A DNA stretch of 64,000 nucleotides, taken from positions 1,809,185 through 1,873,184 of the forward strand of contig CBDAOD010000002.1 of the NCBI GenBank assembly GCA_965197935.1, read 5' to 3'. The position numbers and the translations under genes were made by a program. The notes beneath the pieces were generated by a model, which saw only the letters and a program-made list of their open reading frames with translations, was not told the origin of the DNA and did no database searches. The DNA comes from Vicinamibacterales bacterium (GTDB taxonomy: Bacteria; Acidobacteriota; Vicinamibacteria; Vicinamibacterales; CAZQMT01). Shown in pieces: positions 37,611 through 47,697 of the stretch (positions within the stretch are counted from its first letter, which is position 1; every line of letters begins with the position of its first letter).

Positions 37611-38747
37611 GTGGTGTGTATCCTAAATACCTTTACATTTGAATGACCCGAATGCTATAACGGCTCTGTGAATAGGGCCGCGGTGGCTCTGCCGGTCGAC
37701 GACGAGGATCGGTACCTGCTTGAACAGTGGGCGCGCAGCGCGTCGGCGCCGCATCGCGTGGTCATCCGGGCCCAGGGCCTCTTGATGGCGACGGCCGGGG
37801 TCGCCAATAGCCGCATTGCGACCGCCCTGGGCGTCAGCCGACCGACCGTGCTGGACTGGCGCCGGCGCTTTCTGGAGGACGGCCTCGACTCGGTCGTGGA
37901 GATCCGTGAGGGGCGGGGGTGCAAACCGGCGATCACGGCCCGCAAGGTCAAAGCCATCGTCCACGCCACGCTGCACCGCACGCCGCCGGGGGCCACGCAC
38001 TGGAGCTGTCGCACGATGGCAACGGCGCAGGGGGTCAGTCACGCGACCGTGCAGCGGGTCTGGGACGCGCATGGGCTCCAACCCCACCGAGCGACGACGT
38101 TCAAGCTGTCGACTGACCCCGCCTTCGTGGAAAAGCTGACGGACATCGTCGGGCTGTACATGAATCCGCCCGATAAGGCCGTGGTGTTGTGCGTGGACGA
38201 GAAGAGTCAGATTCAAGCGCTGGACCGCACTCAGCCCGGGCTCCCGATGAAGACAGGCCGCTGCGGAACGCTCACGCATGACTACAAGCGACACGGCACG
38301 ACGACCTTGTTCGCCGCCTTGAGTATGCTGGACGGCACGGTCATCGGCGAATGCCACGGTCGACACCGGCATCAGGAGTTCTTGAAATTCCTGCGCACAC
38401 TGCACCGAACTTTCCCGCGCCGTCGGGACCTGCACCTCATCCTGGACAATTACGGCACCCATAAGCATCCGAAGGTGCGCGCGTGGCTGGCGGCCCACCC
38501 GCGCTTCCAACTCCATTTCACTCCCACTGGCGCGTCGTGGCTGAACCTCGTCGAAAGCTGGTTCAGCCAGCTGACGCAGAAACGCCTTCGCCGAGGAGTG
38601 TTTCGCAGTGTGCATGAGTTAGTCGCCGCTATCGAAGCGTATCTGCAGCACTACAACAAGAACCCCACGCCCTTCGTCTGGACCGCCACCGCCGACGCCA
38701 TACTGCAGAAGGTCGGGAAGTGTAAAGTCATTCTTGAGACACACCAC
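37611..38747 (+). mobile_element. IS630-family insertion sequence, copy 2 (apparently intact)
   Basis: Terminal inverted repeats GTGGTGTGTATCC... and ...GAGACACACCAC. Single 360-aa ORF. Confidence 0.8.
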
Positions 38748-38750
38748 TAG
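37668..38750 (+). CDS. IS630-family DDE transposase
   Basis: HTH N-terminus, then [22 protein letters not shown] and [12 protein letters not shown] motifs. GTG start. Confidence 0.88.
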   Translation: MNRAAVALPVDDEDRYLLEQWARSASAPHRVVIRAQGLLMATAGVANSRIATALGVSRPTVLDWRRRFLEDGLDSVVEIREGRGCKPAITARKVKAIVHATLHRTPPGATHWSCRTMATAQGVSHATVQRVWDAHGLQPHRATTFKLSTDPAFVEKLTDIVGLYMNPPDKAVVLCVDEKSQIQALDRTQPGLPMKTGRCGTLTHDYKRHGTTTLFAALSMLDGTVIGECHGRHRHQEFLKFLRTLHRTFPRRRDLHLILDNYGTHKHPKVRAWLAAHPRFQLHFTPTGASWLNLVESWFSQLTQKRLRRGVFRSVHELVAAIEAYLQHYNKNPTPFVWTATADAILQKVGKCKVILETHH

Positions 38751-38938
38751 CTGTTTCGGACGACCGAAAGCAGCACCCACAGCCCGCGATCGGCCCACCC
38801 TAGCCGTGGACGTTTCGGTGCCAGCCGCTGGAGGACGGCGAGTTGATGGCGCAGGGCGAGAATCTTCGCCCCAAGCTCCAGTCGGGACCGCAGGGACGAC
38901 CGAACGGCGGCAAACAGAGCGACGAGCAGGGCGGTCAT
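38750..38938 (-). pseudogene. N-terminal fragment of an integrase-core (rve-type) transposase, cut by IS630 copy 2
   Basis: MTALLVALFAAVRSSLRSRLELGAKILALRHQLAVLQRLAPKRPRLGWADRGLWVLLS resembles the conserved N-terminus of such transposases. It ends exactly at the IS630 right end. Confidence 0.5.
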
Positions 38939-39099
38939 GCTGGGGTCGGACCGTATCAGCCTCGCCGCGTAACCGCAACGGCTACAACGCGTACCAGGTG
39001 TCCGGTAGGGACAGGCGGCCAAGAAGCCAGTGGCAGCCGATGGCGCGGCGCGGCTGTGCACCAACGCCCGCGGGTGCCAGCCCGACGATGCGAGGAAGC

Positions 39100-39876
39100 T
39101 CACCGGTCGGCTGCACGCAGGTACCAGTCGTCGACCGACTGCTCTCGCGCGAGTCGATATCCGTTTGCTTCTAGCAGCGCTCGGATCTGCTGTCTCTTCG
39201 GTTCCTCGAAGTTGTGCTCAACGGAAAAGGCGCCTACGGTGTACTCCGAGAAGGGCAGCGCTTTGAGAATCTCGAATTCCGATCCTTCTGTGTCGATGCT
39301 GACGTAATGAATGAAGCTCGGAGCGTTGGCTCGGTCGAGCACATCACCGATCGTCGTGGTGGTGAGTTCCAAGACGGGGAATGACGCCACCTCTTCCTTG
39401 TGGTGTTCGATGTGTTTGTCAATACCTCCCAAGGTATCGGCCTGTCTGAACGCGACCACCTCTCCCTTCTTGCTGTAAACAACTTCCTCGAAAAGCTGGC
39501 ACGTTCGGTTCGTCCAATTACGTGGGAACGGCTCTATACAGATTCCCGTCCAGCCGCGTTTCTCCAGTGCCTTCGTGTTGGAAAGAATTTCTGCATCCCA
39601 GGCGCCGACATCAACAAAAAAGCCGTCGGTGACATGGGGGAAGACGCTTCCAAGGATCCACTTGTCCTGACCCAACTGGCTATAGAACTCTTGAAGACCT
39701 ACGAACGCCCGGAGATCCAGGAAAAGAGAGGGCAACCGAACCGTCGGATGTCCGCCGGGGGGCTGGTAGCCGGTACCAGAACCAAACCTGTACTCGATGG
39801 GCGCACCGGCCGCCAAGGCGAGCGCCAGTGATGCCAGCAGCAGCCTCGTTCCCTTTTTCGTGCCGACTGTCTTCAT
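39100..39876 (-). CDS. FkbM-family methyltransferase with signal peptide
   Basis: FFVDVGAWDAE, HYVSIDTEGSEFEIL and FSVEHNF motifs. Start set at ATG 39876. GC is visibly lower (about 52-60% in hand-counted samples). Confidence 0.7.
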   Translation of the reverse strand: MKTVGTKKGTRLLLASLALALAAGAPIEYRFGSGTGYQPPGGHPTVRLPSLFLDLRAFVGLQEFYSQLGQDKWILGSVFPHVTDGFFVDVGAWDAEILSNTKALEKRGWTGICIEPFPRNWTNRTCQLFEEVVYSKKGEVVAFRQADTLGGIDKHIEHHKEEVASFPVLELTTTTIGDVLDRANAPSFIHYVSIDTEGSEFEILKALPFSEYTVGAFSVEHNFEEPKRQQIRALLEANGYRLAREQSVDDWYLRAADR

Positions 39877-40000
39877 GGCTGCTACCTTTGAGTAACCTCC
39901 TTCGGTCCTCTCGCTGGACAAACGGAGTGTCGCATGTACCCGTAGCGGATCACCTGGTTGAGGGGCACGAGCGCGACTGACACCGCAAGAAATCACGGGT

Positions 40001-41041
40001 TCAAAACATCGCGATCGGGTTGGCCGGGCTGCCGGTCCCTCGCGCGACCCTGAGCGGCAGTGCCATGAACATGAACTCGTAGCGTCCTTCCTCCGCGCAC
40101 GCGCTGGCAAGCGGCTCGAGCAGGGCATTATCCAGGAGTGCCACGCCGTAGTTGAAGAGGACACCGTGCACCGGGAAGGTCAGGCCATAGGAGTTGGGTT
40201 GCGCGTCACTCATGTCCCATCCGAGCAACGCCACATCGTGATCCCGAATGAACTTGGCACAGCTGACATGCAACCCCGGTCGGTCGTCGCCACCGAACGT
40301 GTTGCCGCGCCGTTCGAACTCCTCTCGGCCACTGTGGACCAGCAGCGCGTCGCCCGAGGTGAGGTCGACGCCCTGCGCACGAGCAACCTCCTCGAGCTCC
40401 CACCCGTGAACCGGCCTGTCCGGTGTGACATGTGGCTCGCGGCGGTGGCGCGGCACATCGATGAGGACGCCCCGGGTGATGATGCCGCCGCTCCACGCCG
40501 TAATGTCACCGAAGTGTGCACCGTGGGTGTCGAGCTCGACCTCCGGGTCGCCGCCCTGCCACATACCCTCCTTGTCCCACATGTGACACAGCGCGTCGAG
40601 GTGCGTCACGGTCTGGCCGTGGTAGATGAAGCCGTAGTAGTCTCTGACCGAGCCGGCGCCGGTGTCTCCGCGCGGGTTCTTGCGCATGAAGTGTTGCGTC
40701 GGCTCGAAGACGCGGCTCATCGAGACCGTCCGCCCGTTTCTGGCCAGCGCCGTCGCCTCCCGGCGTTTCTCGGGCGTAACGAGATTGATGGCGCCCAGCT
40801 GATCGTCGGCGCCCCACCGCCCCCAGTTGCGCCGTTCCGTGTACCAGGCGTCGACCTCGGCCTGGGTGGGGAGTCTGCGATCCGGTGTCTGGGCCGGGAT
40901 CCCGCCATCGGCGGCCGGCGCCACCCGGCCAGAAGCGGCCGGCTCGAGTGTCGGGACGGTCCACGTCCCGGCGTGCCGACCGAACGCCACGCCGCCCATC
41001 GCCGCTGCGCCCATGAGAAATCGTCGTCGTGAAGAAGCCAT
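40001..41041 (-). CDS. Tat-exported cyclase-family protein (kynurenine formamidase-like fold)
   Basis: Twin-arginine signal SRRRFLMGAAA. THLDALCH and GVLIDV motifs typical of the putative-cyclase family. Confidence 0.7.
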   Translation of the reverse strand: MASSRRRFLMGAAAMGGVAFGRHAGTWTVPTLEPAASGRVAPAADGGIPAQTPDRRLPTQAEVDAWYTERRNWGRWGADDQLGAINLVTPEKRREATALARNGRTVSMSRVFEPTQHFMRKNPRGDTGAGSVRDYYGFIYHGQTVTHLDALCHMWDKEGMWQGGDPEVELDTHGAHFGDITAWSGGIITRGVLIDVPRHRREPHVTPDRPVHGWELEEVARAQGVDLTSGDALLVHSGREEFERRGNTFGGDDRPGLHVSCAKFIRDHDVALLGWDMSDAQPNSYGLTFPVHGVLFNYGVALLDNALLEPLASACAEEGRYEFMFMALPLRVARGTGSPANPIAMF

Positions 41042-41473
41042 GACGTGTCTCCCCTTGCCTGGACGAGTCAGTGGAGCGTGAGTCTACGTTCGAGCGTTGC
41101 TAGTGGTGGCTGAAACCTCGCCCGAAGTCCGGATCGCCGCTCGCGCCAGCGGTTAATCCAGAGTTCACGTGGGTCCCCACGCCTGGCGCAGGGCTGGGCG
41201 GCGAAGGCAAGGCACCAGCTCTCTAAGCTCCCGCTTGCTTCACGTCGGGGCAGAGTGCGGTCAGGAGAGCCGACACCTCGTTCGGCATCGGCTGCTGCGA
41301 GCTCACGGGTATGCTGATCGAAAGAGGAGGCCAATGACAGCCCTCGTCCGCTGTGCTCGGCGCGGTTGCCTCAGGATACCTCGAGTCGCTGCGGAAGCCG
41401 GAATGATGGATCGGGAGTGGCTCCCGGGGGGCGCATGGCTGAGACGCCTTCGTTCCTCGTGTGGTCAAGAAAC

Positions 41474-41644
41474 TCATGCGGCCGCGCGATGGTAGAATTT
41501 CAGCAGGCCCCCGAGGCGCTCGCGGCACCGCACTGGACCGGTCTGGCCGACCTCCTCGTGCGGGAAGAGGAGGAGGTTATCTTTTCCCTGGTGATTCCGC
41601 TCGCCGTGGAAGTGCGCGACGTACGCACGCAACGCGCGTGCTGG
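41474..41644 (-). pseudogene. C-terminal fragment of an rve-type transposase
   Basis: Below the ORF-track threshold. Translates to ALRAYVAHFHGERNHQGKDNLLLFPHEEVGQTGPVRCRERLGGLLKFYHRAAA-stop, the conserved HYH.ERNHQG...RLGGLL..Y C-terminus. Confidence 0.55.
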
Positions 41645-41852
41645 CTACTTGCCACGTCCACCCGTGACAATTAGGGCCGAGAGGCATCGGAACACCCAAC
41701 CGTCGTCGACAAGGTTGCCCGCTATATCGCGATCCAATTGAAATCCGCGCCCCGTGGACCCCGACGCTCTGCCCTGGTTCGTGAGTCGTTCGCCTTGCAT
41801 ACGGCACCGATTCTGTAGCGCAGACGGGGCGCTCTGGACGGGTCGGCTGTGG

Positions 41853-43298
41853 CTAGGTGCCGCAAAAAGTTTCGTGGACGATTTCTTCTGGTCGCGGTGG
41901 CGTTTCGAGATCGGCGTATTCGACCTGCTCAGTGTAGGGCACGGTGAGCGCCTCGACGAGACGGTGGAACGGGGCATAGTCGCCACGATAGGCGTCCTGG
42001 ATGGCCTGCTCGACGCGGTGATTGCGCGGAATCCGGATCGGGTTGGCCGCACGCATGTCGGCGAGGTGCTCGGCGGGGTCCGCTTCGCCACGCCATTTGG
42101 CGAACCACTCCTCAAAAGGCTCGCTATTGGAAAACATCGCCGCAAGCGTTTCAGAATCCTCTCCACCGGCGACGCATGTCAGCTGACGGAAGAAGAGGGT
42201 GAAATCGACCCCTTGCGCGCCGAGTAGATCGAGACACTCCTTCGCGAGCTCGACTGGGGCCTCGGGTGGGAGGCCGAACTTTGCCCGGAAGCGGGCGATA
42301 TATTGGTTGCCGAATCGCTCAGGGTATCCGGAGAGGGCAGCTTCCGCGATCTTGGTCGCTCTACTGGGATCCGCAGACAACAATGGCAGCAAGGTTTCCG
42401 CGAAACGGGTGAGGTTCCAGAGCCCGATGTCGGGCTGGTTGCCCCAGGCATAGCGCCCACCGGAGTCGATGGAGCTGAAGACGCACTGCGCGTGGAACGC
42501 GTCCATGAACGCGCACGGGCCATAGTCGATCGTCTCCCCAGAAATGGCGGTGTTGTCCGTATTCATCACACCGTGGATGAAGCCGAGAGACATCCACTGA
42601 GCGATCAGATCCGCCTGGGCAGCCGCGACAGACTCGAGCAAAGCCACATAGGGCTCTAGTGCATCGGTGGCACCCGGGTAGTGTCGAGCGATGGAGTGAT
42701 CGGCGAGCAGTCGCAGGGCATCGATATCGCTGCGTGCGAGAAAATACTGAAAAGTCCCGACGCGAATGTGACTGGCCGCCACGCGGGTCAACACGCCGCC
42801 GAGAAGCAGCCCTTCTTGGCGCATGACGGTTTCGCCGGTGGTAACCGCGGCGAGCGCCCGTGTCGTGGGAACCCCGAGCGCGGCCATGGCTTCGCTGACA
42901 ATGTATTCGCGGACCACCGGGCCGAGCGCGGATTTACCATCGCCGCGCGAGAATGGCGTGCGTCCTGAGCCCTTCAGCTGCAGATCGCGACGTACGCCGT
43001 CGGTGTCGATGACTTCGCCGAGCAGGATAGCGCGGCCGTCGCCGAGTTGTGGAGAGAATCCACCGAACTGGTGGCCAGCGTAGGCTTGCGCAATCGGCTC
43101 GGCACCCTCGGGAATCGCATTACCCGCGAGCATCGCGACGCCGTCAGGTGATTCCAGCCAGTCGTTGTCGATCAAGAGGTTTGTCGCTAGTTCGCGATTG
43201 AGACAGATCAGCTTCGGTTCCTGAACAGGGGCGGGTTCCTGTTTGGCGAAGAAACGTTCGGGCAGCTGGGCGTAGGTGTTGTCGAAGGGAATGTTCAT
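41853..43298 (-). CDS. selO: protein adenylyltransferase SelO (YdiU family pseudokinase-fold AMPylase)
   Basis: 481 aa. YAGHQFG, LGDGRA and [14 protein letters not shown]-like motifs. Ends ..ETFCGT (Cys, no TGA). Lower GC than its surroundings. Confidence 0.9.
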   Translation of the reverse strand: MNIPFDNTYAQLPERFFAKQEPAPVQEPKLICLNRELATNLLIDNDWLESPDGVAMLAGNAIPEGAEPIAQAYAGHQFGGFSPQLGDGRAILLGEVIDTDGVRRDLQLKGSGRTPFSRGDGKSALGPVVREYIVSEAMAALGVPTTRALAAVTTGETVMRQEGLLLGGVLTRVAASHIRVGTFQYFLARSDIDALRLLADHSIARHYPGATDALEPYVALLESVAAAQADLIAQWMSLGFIHGVMNTDNTAISGETIDYGPCAFMDAFHAQCVFSSIDSGGRYAWGNQPDIGLWNLTRFAETLLPLLSADPSRATKIAEAALSGYPERFGNQYIARFRAKFGLPPEAPVELAKECLDLLGAQGVDFTLFFRQLTCVAGGEDSETLAAMFSNSEPFEEWFAKWRGEADPAEHLADMRAANPIRIPRNHRVEQAIQDAYRGDYAPFHRLVEALTVPYTEQVEYADLETPPRPEEIVHETFCGT

Positions 43299-43639
43299 GC
43301 CCTTGAGGTCACTCTTTCGGATCCGATGATGTTAGCGGGCGTTGGGGCTCAGGCCCCCTGGTTAAGCGCCTGAATCCGTTGCCAGAAGACCGGTGACGGG
43401 GTCCGCTTGCTTGATTCCCACTGGTACACGACGGCGACCTCTTGCTGCACGGCCGCGAGGCCATGACTCCGACCGCCGCCGTTGCGGCTGCTCTGCTTCC
43501 GAACTTGGCCCTCACCTGCACTGGAACCAGAAAGGCGTCGTTGTCAACGGGTGTCACGCCAGATTTCATCGGGCAAGTCCGCCCTGGCCTGTGGCGGCTG
43601 AGACTCTGCTTTCAGAACGCTGGGTCGTGGCCGCCGGTC

Positions 43640-43834
43640 CCTCCGGGATGACGGGCGCCGCGCTCGACGATCTCCCCTGGCCGTTCGCCGCCGGCCGGGA
43701 CCGCGACGGCGGCTGCCGTCGTACTTCTTGGCAACCAAGGTCCGGTACCAGCGAAGGACGGTGTCCGGCGTCACGATGGAGGCGATCTCTTGCAGGAGCG
43801 TGCTCCCCAGCGCCTTGCCCTTGACCGCCAGGCG
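43640..43834 (-). pseudogene. internal fragment of an rve-type transposase (degenerate)
   Basis: [48 protein letters not shown], then decays into shifted frames. Confidence 0.45.
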
Positions 43835-43874
43835 GAGGGCGTGAGGTGACGTGTGTCTAAACCGGAGGTCTGAG

Positions 43875-45404
43875 TCATCGCTTCATAGGCGGCGGAACCT
43901 GTCCGTTCAACGTCAACTTGACAGTGCTGGGCCGATACCCGAGCAGCGCGCGCTCCTTGATGATCCGCGCGACGGCGTCGGGAACCTCGGCTTCCCAGCC
44001 TGGCTCGCCGGATCTGATCTTGACGAGCACCCGCCGCGAGAAAATCGGGAGGTTGCGTTCATCGATATTTCGAAGGCCTTCGATGAGCCGGTTCTCCACG
44101 AGGTAGGCGTGCAGGTGCCGCAGATGCGGGGCCACGCGGAGGTTCGTCGCCGAGATCATGGCGCCGCTGTCCCGATCGAGCAGGGGGTGCACGTACAGCT
44201 TTAGGTCGTTCTTGAAGAGCCGACCGAACGATTCGAGAATCCCTCCTGACAGGTCGGTGTAATACTTCTCGTCGAAGATCTCCCGCAGCGTCGGCACACC
44301 CATCACCAGACCAATCATCTTCTGCGTGTAGCGGAAGAAATAGGCGGCGAGTCGATGGTACTCGGCGTAGTTGGAAATGAGGACCGTCTTGTCCAGCGCG
44401 CCGAGGATGTCTACGCGATCGAGAAAGTCCTCGTGATCGATTCGATCGCCATCGGTGAGGTTCTTGAGGGTCATCTCCATTAGGGTGACCACGTCGTTGC
44501 CTTCGACCCGCGGTTCCTGGACGAAGTGTGCTTCGGCGCAGCGCAGCATGTCCAGGGTGAGCTTGGTCACCGGACGAAAGCTGCCACGTTCGACCAGGAT
44601 GCACTTCTTGCGGAGCACGTCGGCAGGCGGCACCACCTTGCCATCGGCCGTGAACAGGGCCGCGTGCGTCAGGCCATGCTGGACCAGCTTGAAGGCCATC
44701 AGACGATTGTCCACCGACTCGAAGGCCTGGCCTGAGAACTCAATCATGTCGACCTCGACGCGGTCGGCGGTGAAGTTATCGACCAGCGACGTGATCAGCG
44801 CTTCGGGGTCGTGGTGCAGGTAGAGAGCGCCGTGAACGAGGTTGACGCCGAGAACGCCCAGCGCCTCCTGCTCGGGCAGCGCTTCGTTGTGCCACAGACG
44901 GGCGTGCAGGACGATCTCGGACGGGGCGGCACCGGGCCGCGTCTGGAAGCGGATGCCCAACCACGCTTGGGCGTTCCCTTTTCGCGAATAACTGCTGACC
45001 GTGCAGGTGTTTGCGAACGCAAAGAAGGTCGTCGTCGCTCCCCGGCTGGTGTCGAGTCGTTCGACGAGCAGGCCGAACTCGTGATCTAGCATGGTGTGGA
45101 GCCGCTGCCGGCTGACGTAGCGGTCACTGGATCCGTAGATCGCATCGCTGAACGTCATGTCGTACGCCGACATCGCCTTGGCCATGGTGCCGGCCGCCCC
45201 ACCCACCCTGAAGAACCAGCGGGCCGTTTCCTGACCAGCGCCGATCTCCGCGAAGGTGCCATACTGGTTCGCATTGAGGTTGATCCGCAGAGCCCGCTGG
45301 TGAGGATCCGAGACCGCGCCCTGCTCGACGTCTTCCTGCGTTGACAACTCTGGCCCCCTGGGTTCTTGTGCCGGGATTTCCGTTTTGCCTGCTCCGGATG
45401 GCAC
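43875..45404 (-). CDS. conserved hypothetical protein, function unknown
   Basis: 509-aa ORF with coding-like composition, low GC relative to the window and no motif I can name. The N-terminal limit is uncertain. Confidence 0.5.
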   Translation of the reverse strand: MPSGAGKTEIPAQEPRGPELSTQEDVEQGAVSDPHQRALRINLNANQYGTFAEIGAGQETARWFFRVGGAAGTMAKAMSAYDMTFSDAIYGSSDRYVSRQRLHTMLDHEFGLLVERLDTSRGATTTFFAFANTCTVSSYSRKGNAQAWLGIRFQTRPGAAPSEIVLHARLWHNEALPEQEALGVLGVNLVHGALYLHHDPEALITSLVDNFTADRVEVDMIEFSGQAFESVDNRLMAFKLVQHGLTHAALFTADGKVVPPADVLRKKCILVERGSFRPVTKLTLDMLRCAEAHFVQEPRVEGNDVVTLMEMTLKNLTDGDRIDHEDFLDRVDILGALDKTVLISNYAEYHRLAAYFFRYTQKMIGLVMGVPTLREIFDEKYYTDLSGGILESFGRLFKNDLKLYVHPLLDRDSGAMISATNLRVAPHLRHLHAYLVENRLIEGLRNIDERNLPIFSRRVLVKIRSGEPGWEAEVPDAVARIIKERALLGYRPSTVKLTLNGQVPPPMKR

Positions 45405-45445
45405 CTTTATACACCCGAGGGGCCCAACGGGGCATCACCGTTGGA

Positions 45446-46534
45446 GGGCGTTGTTGCAGGACTCGACGGTGACGCGAAACAATCCAACCCACCGGCACCT
45501 CAGCGACCGATGCTGTATGACTCGGGGCGACCAAGCTCGGCCATCCGATTCAAGACGTTGCACGCAAGCCGTGCCTCCGTCTGCCGCCCTCCTGGCGTTC
45601 GGGCTCGCAGACCACCTCCGATAATCGATTTGTACCGAAAGACCGCATTCTCCACGCGCGCCTGCCGATGGTATCCCGACGCCTTCTTCCAGCGTCGACG
45701 GCCGAGTACCGTGACCCACTTGATCGTCCGATCTCGGACACCGGACCGGGGTCCACGTCGAGACAGCGACGCCGTTTTCGCCGGCGGCACCACGACGGTC
45801 GCGCCTCGCGCACCGGCCGCATCGTAGAACGCGAGGGTATCGTAGGCCGCATCCGCCGTCACGCTCAAAACGGCCCCGTCCACCTGCTCGACCAGACCAA
45901 TGCCGGTTGTCGCGTCGTCGGCCGTCGGCTCCGTCAACGCCTGGGCAACGATCACCCCGGATCGGTCAACACCGAGATGGAGTTTCTTCCAGCCTCGCTT
46001 GCCGCGTCTTCCGTGTTTCGCGACGGCCCATTCGCCCTCGCCAAGGACCGACAGTCCCGTACTATCGACGATGAGATGAAGAGGACCCCGCGCCGGAATG
46101 CGACCGAGCGCGAGGTCGAGGTGCTGACTCCGCCGCGAGAGCGTGGTGTGATCTGGAGCGTCGAGATCGGCCCGCGTCAAGGCTAGGACCGACCGCAGGA
46201 AGCCCTCCGTCTGGCGCAACGCCAACTGAAAGACGAGCCGCAGTGTCAACGCTGTCTCGATCGCGTGATCGGAGAACTTCTTCGGCCCGCCCGGTCGACC
46301 AGTCGGCGCCGGTCTCCACGCATCCATCGCGTCGGCGGAGAGCCAGAGAGTCAGGTCGCCGCGGTGCACGAGGGCTCGCTCGTACTCCGGCCAGTTCCCG
46401 ACGCGGTATTTCGTCTTGTACTTCGGATAGATCCTCGACTTCACGGTGAGATTGTGCGCCAGTCGCCTCGACAGAACCAGCGGATCCTCGATCACCTCCC
46501 AGGCCGAGACTGAGGAATCCTGCACCAACGCCCC
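45446..46534 (-). mobile_element. IS5-family (IS903-group-like) insertion sequence
   Basis: Inverted ends GGGCGTTGTTGCAGGACTC and GGGCGTTGGTGCAGGATTC (reverse complement of 46516-46534). No obvious target duplication. Confidence 0.65.
45500..46528 (-). CDS. IS5-family DDE transposase
   Basis: YRVGNWPEYERALVHRGDLTLW, DSTGLSV.GEGEW, DAAYD and the C-terminal ENAVFRYK...LRAR motifs. The true start is probably internal. Confidence 0.8.
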   Translation of the reverse strand: MVQDSSVSAWEVIEDPLVLSRRLAHNLTVKSRIYPKYKTKYRVGNWPEYERALVHRGDLTLWLSADAMDAWRPAPTGRPGGPKKFSDHAIETALTLRLVFQLALRQTEGFLRSVLALTRADLDAPDHTTLSRRSQHLDLALGRIPARGPLHLIVDSTGLSVLGEGEWAVAKHGRRGKRGWKKLHLGVDRSGVIVAQALTEPTADDATTGIGLVEQVDGAVLSVTADAAYDTLAFYDAAGARGATVVVPPAKTASLSRRGPRSGVRDRTIKWVTVLGRRRWKKASGYHRQARVENAVFRYKSIIGGGLRARTPGGRQTEARLACNVLNRMAELGRPESYSIGR

Positions 46535-46585
46535 ACGTCGTGCCGCTGTGAGAGCCCACGGGGCGCACCACGACGGCGTCGGGTG

Positions 46586-47641
46586 TCAGGCATCGGCGGG
46601 CGGGCTGGGCGGGTTGGCGTCGAGCAGGACCGCGACCCAGCGAAAGTCCTCGATGTTCTCGAGCGCGATCTTGACGATCATGGTCAGGGGCACCGACAGC
46701 AGCATCCCCACCGGCCCCCACACCCAGCCCCAGAAGACGAGAGAGAGGAAGACGACGAGCGTCGACAGACCCAGGCGGCGCCCCATCAGATACGGCTCGA
46801 TGAAGTTCGCGAGCACCACGTTGATCACCAGGTAGCCGACGGCCACCGCGACCGCCTGCGCCGGGCCGAGCTGGAGCAGCGCCAGCAACACAGGCGGCAC
46901 CGCCGCGAGAATCGACCCGAGATTCGGGATGAAGTTGAACAGGAAGGCCGTGATCCCCCAGAGCAGCGGGAAGCCTAGACCCAGGATGGCCACCCAGAGG
47001 CCTGCCAGCAACCCGGTCGCGAGGCTGATGAGCGTTTTCATCGCCAGGTAGCGCTGGACCTGACGCGCCATGATGGCGAACCGGTCGAGATGATCGCGAC
47101 GGTCTCCGAAGGCGGCGCTGAGCTTCCGCGAGAAGCCGGCCGCCTCGAAGAGGATGAAGATCATCGTCAGGACGACCAGGAAGGTGTTCGAGAGCATCGT
47201 CGCGACGGCGCTGAGCGTGCTGCCCACGAGATCCACCACGCTGCCCGGGTTGATGAGCTCCAGCGTCTCCGTCCCGCCGATCGCGATGCCGCGTGCATCG
47301 AGCCAGGCGAGCGACGTCCGCAGCAGCTCCTGCAGGCGGTCCTGGTAGCTCGGCATCACATCGGCGAACTGATTCACCGACTGACCCACGACGAGGATCA
47401 GCCCCGCCAGGATGGCGACATCCGCCACGATCGTGCAGAGCACGGCGAGCGACGTCGGCACGCGTTTGCCCTGCAGCCACACCATCAACGGCAGGCTCAG
47501 GATCGCGAGCAGCAGGGACACCAGCAACGGCAGCAGGATCGCGCTGGCCGCCCGGAGCCCCGCCACGACGACCACCAGGCTGGCCGCCACCAGGAGAAAC
47601 CGCGCGCCGGGACCCTGATAACGGGTCTGTGCCACGTCCAT
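46586..47641 (-). CDS. AI-2E family transporter (PerM/YhhT-like permease)
   Basis: 351 aa, 8 TM pattern, and the conserved F.PNLG...P and L...VFWGW.WGP.G motifs. Confidence 0.8.
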   Translation of the reverse strand: MDVAQTRYQGPGARFLLVAASLVVVVAGLRAASAILLPLLVSLLLAILSLPLMVWLQGKRVPTSLAVLCTIVADVAILAGLILVVGQSVNQFADVMPSYQDRLQELLRTSLAWLDARGIAIGGTETLELINPGSVVDLVGSTLSAVATMLSNTFLVVLTMIFILFEAAGFSRKLSAAFGDRRDHLDRFAIMARQVQRYLAMKTLISLATGLLAGLWVAILGLGFPLLWGITAFLFNFIPNLGSILAAVPPVLLALLQLGPAQAVAVAVGYLVINVVLANFIEPYLMGRRLGLSTLVVFLSLVFWGWVWGPVGMLLSVPLTMIVKIALENIEDFRWVAVLLDANPPSPPADA

Positions 47642-47697
47642 CTGCTATCCTGTGGCGATTATACTCTTCCGATCTCTCGAGCCCCCGGAGACGCCCG

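Noticed and set aside
41853-43298. SelO as a selenoprotein or as evidence for selenium use
   Set aside because: The bacterial SelO here has no in-frame TGA and ends with Cys (..FCGT). The name is historical and does not support the rhodanese Sec hypothesis.
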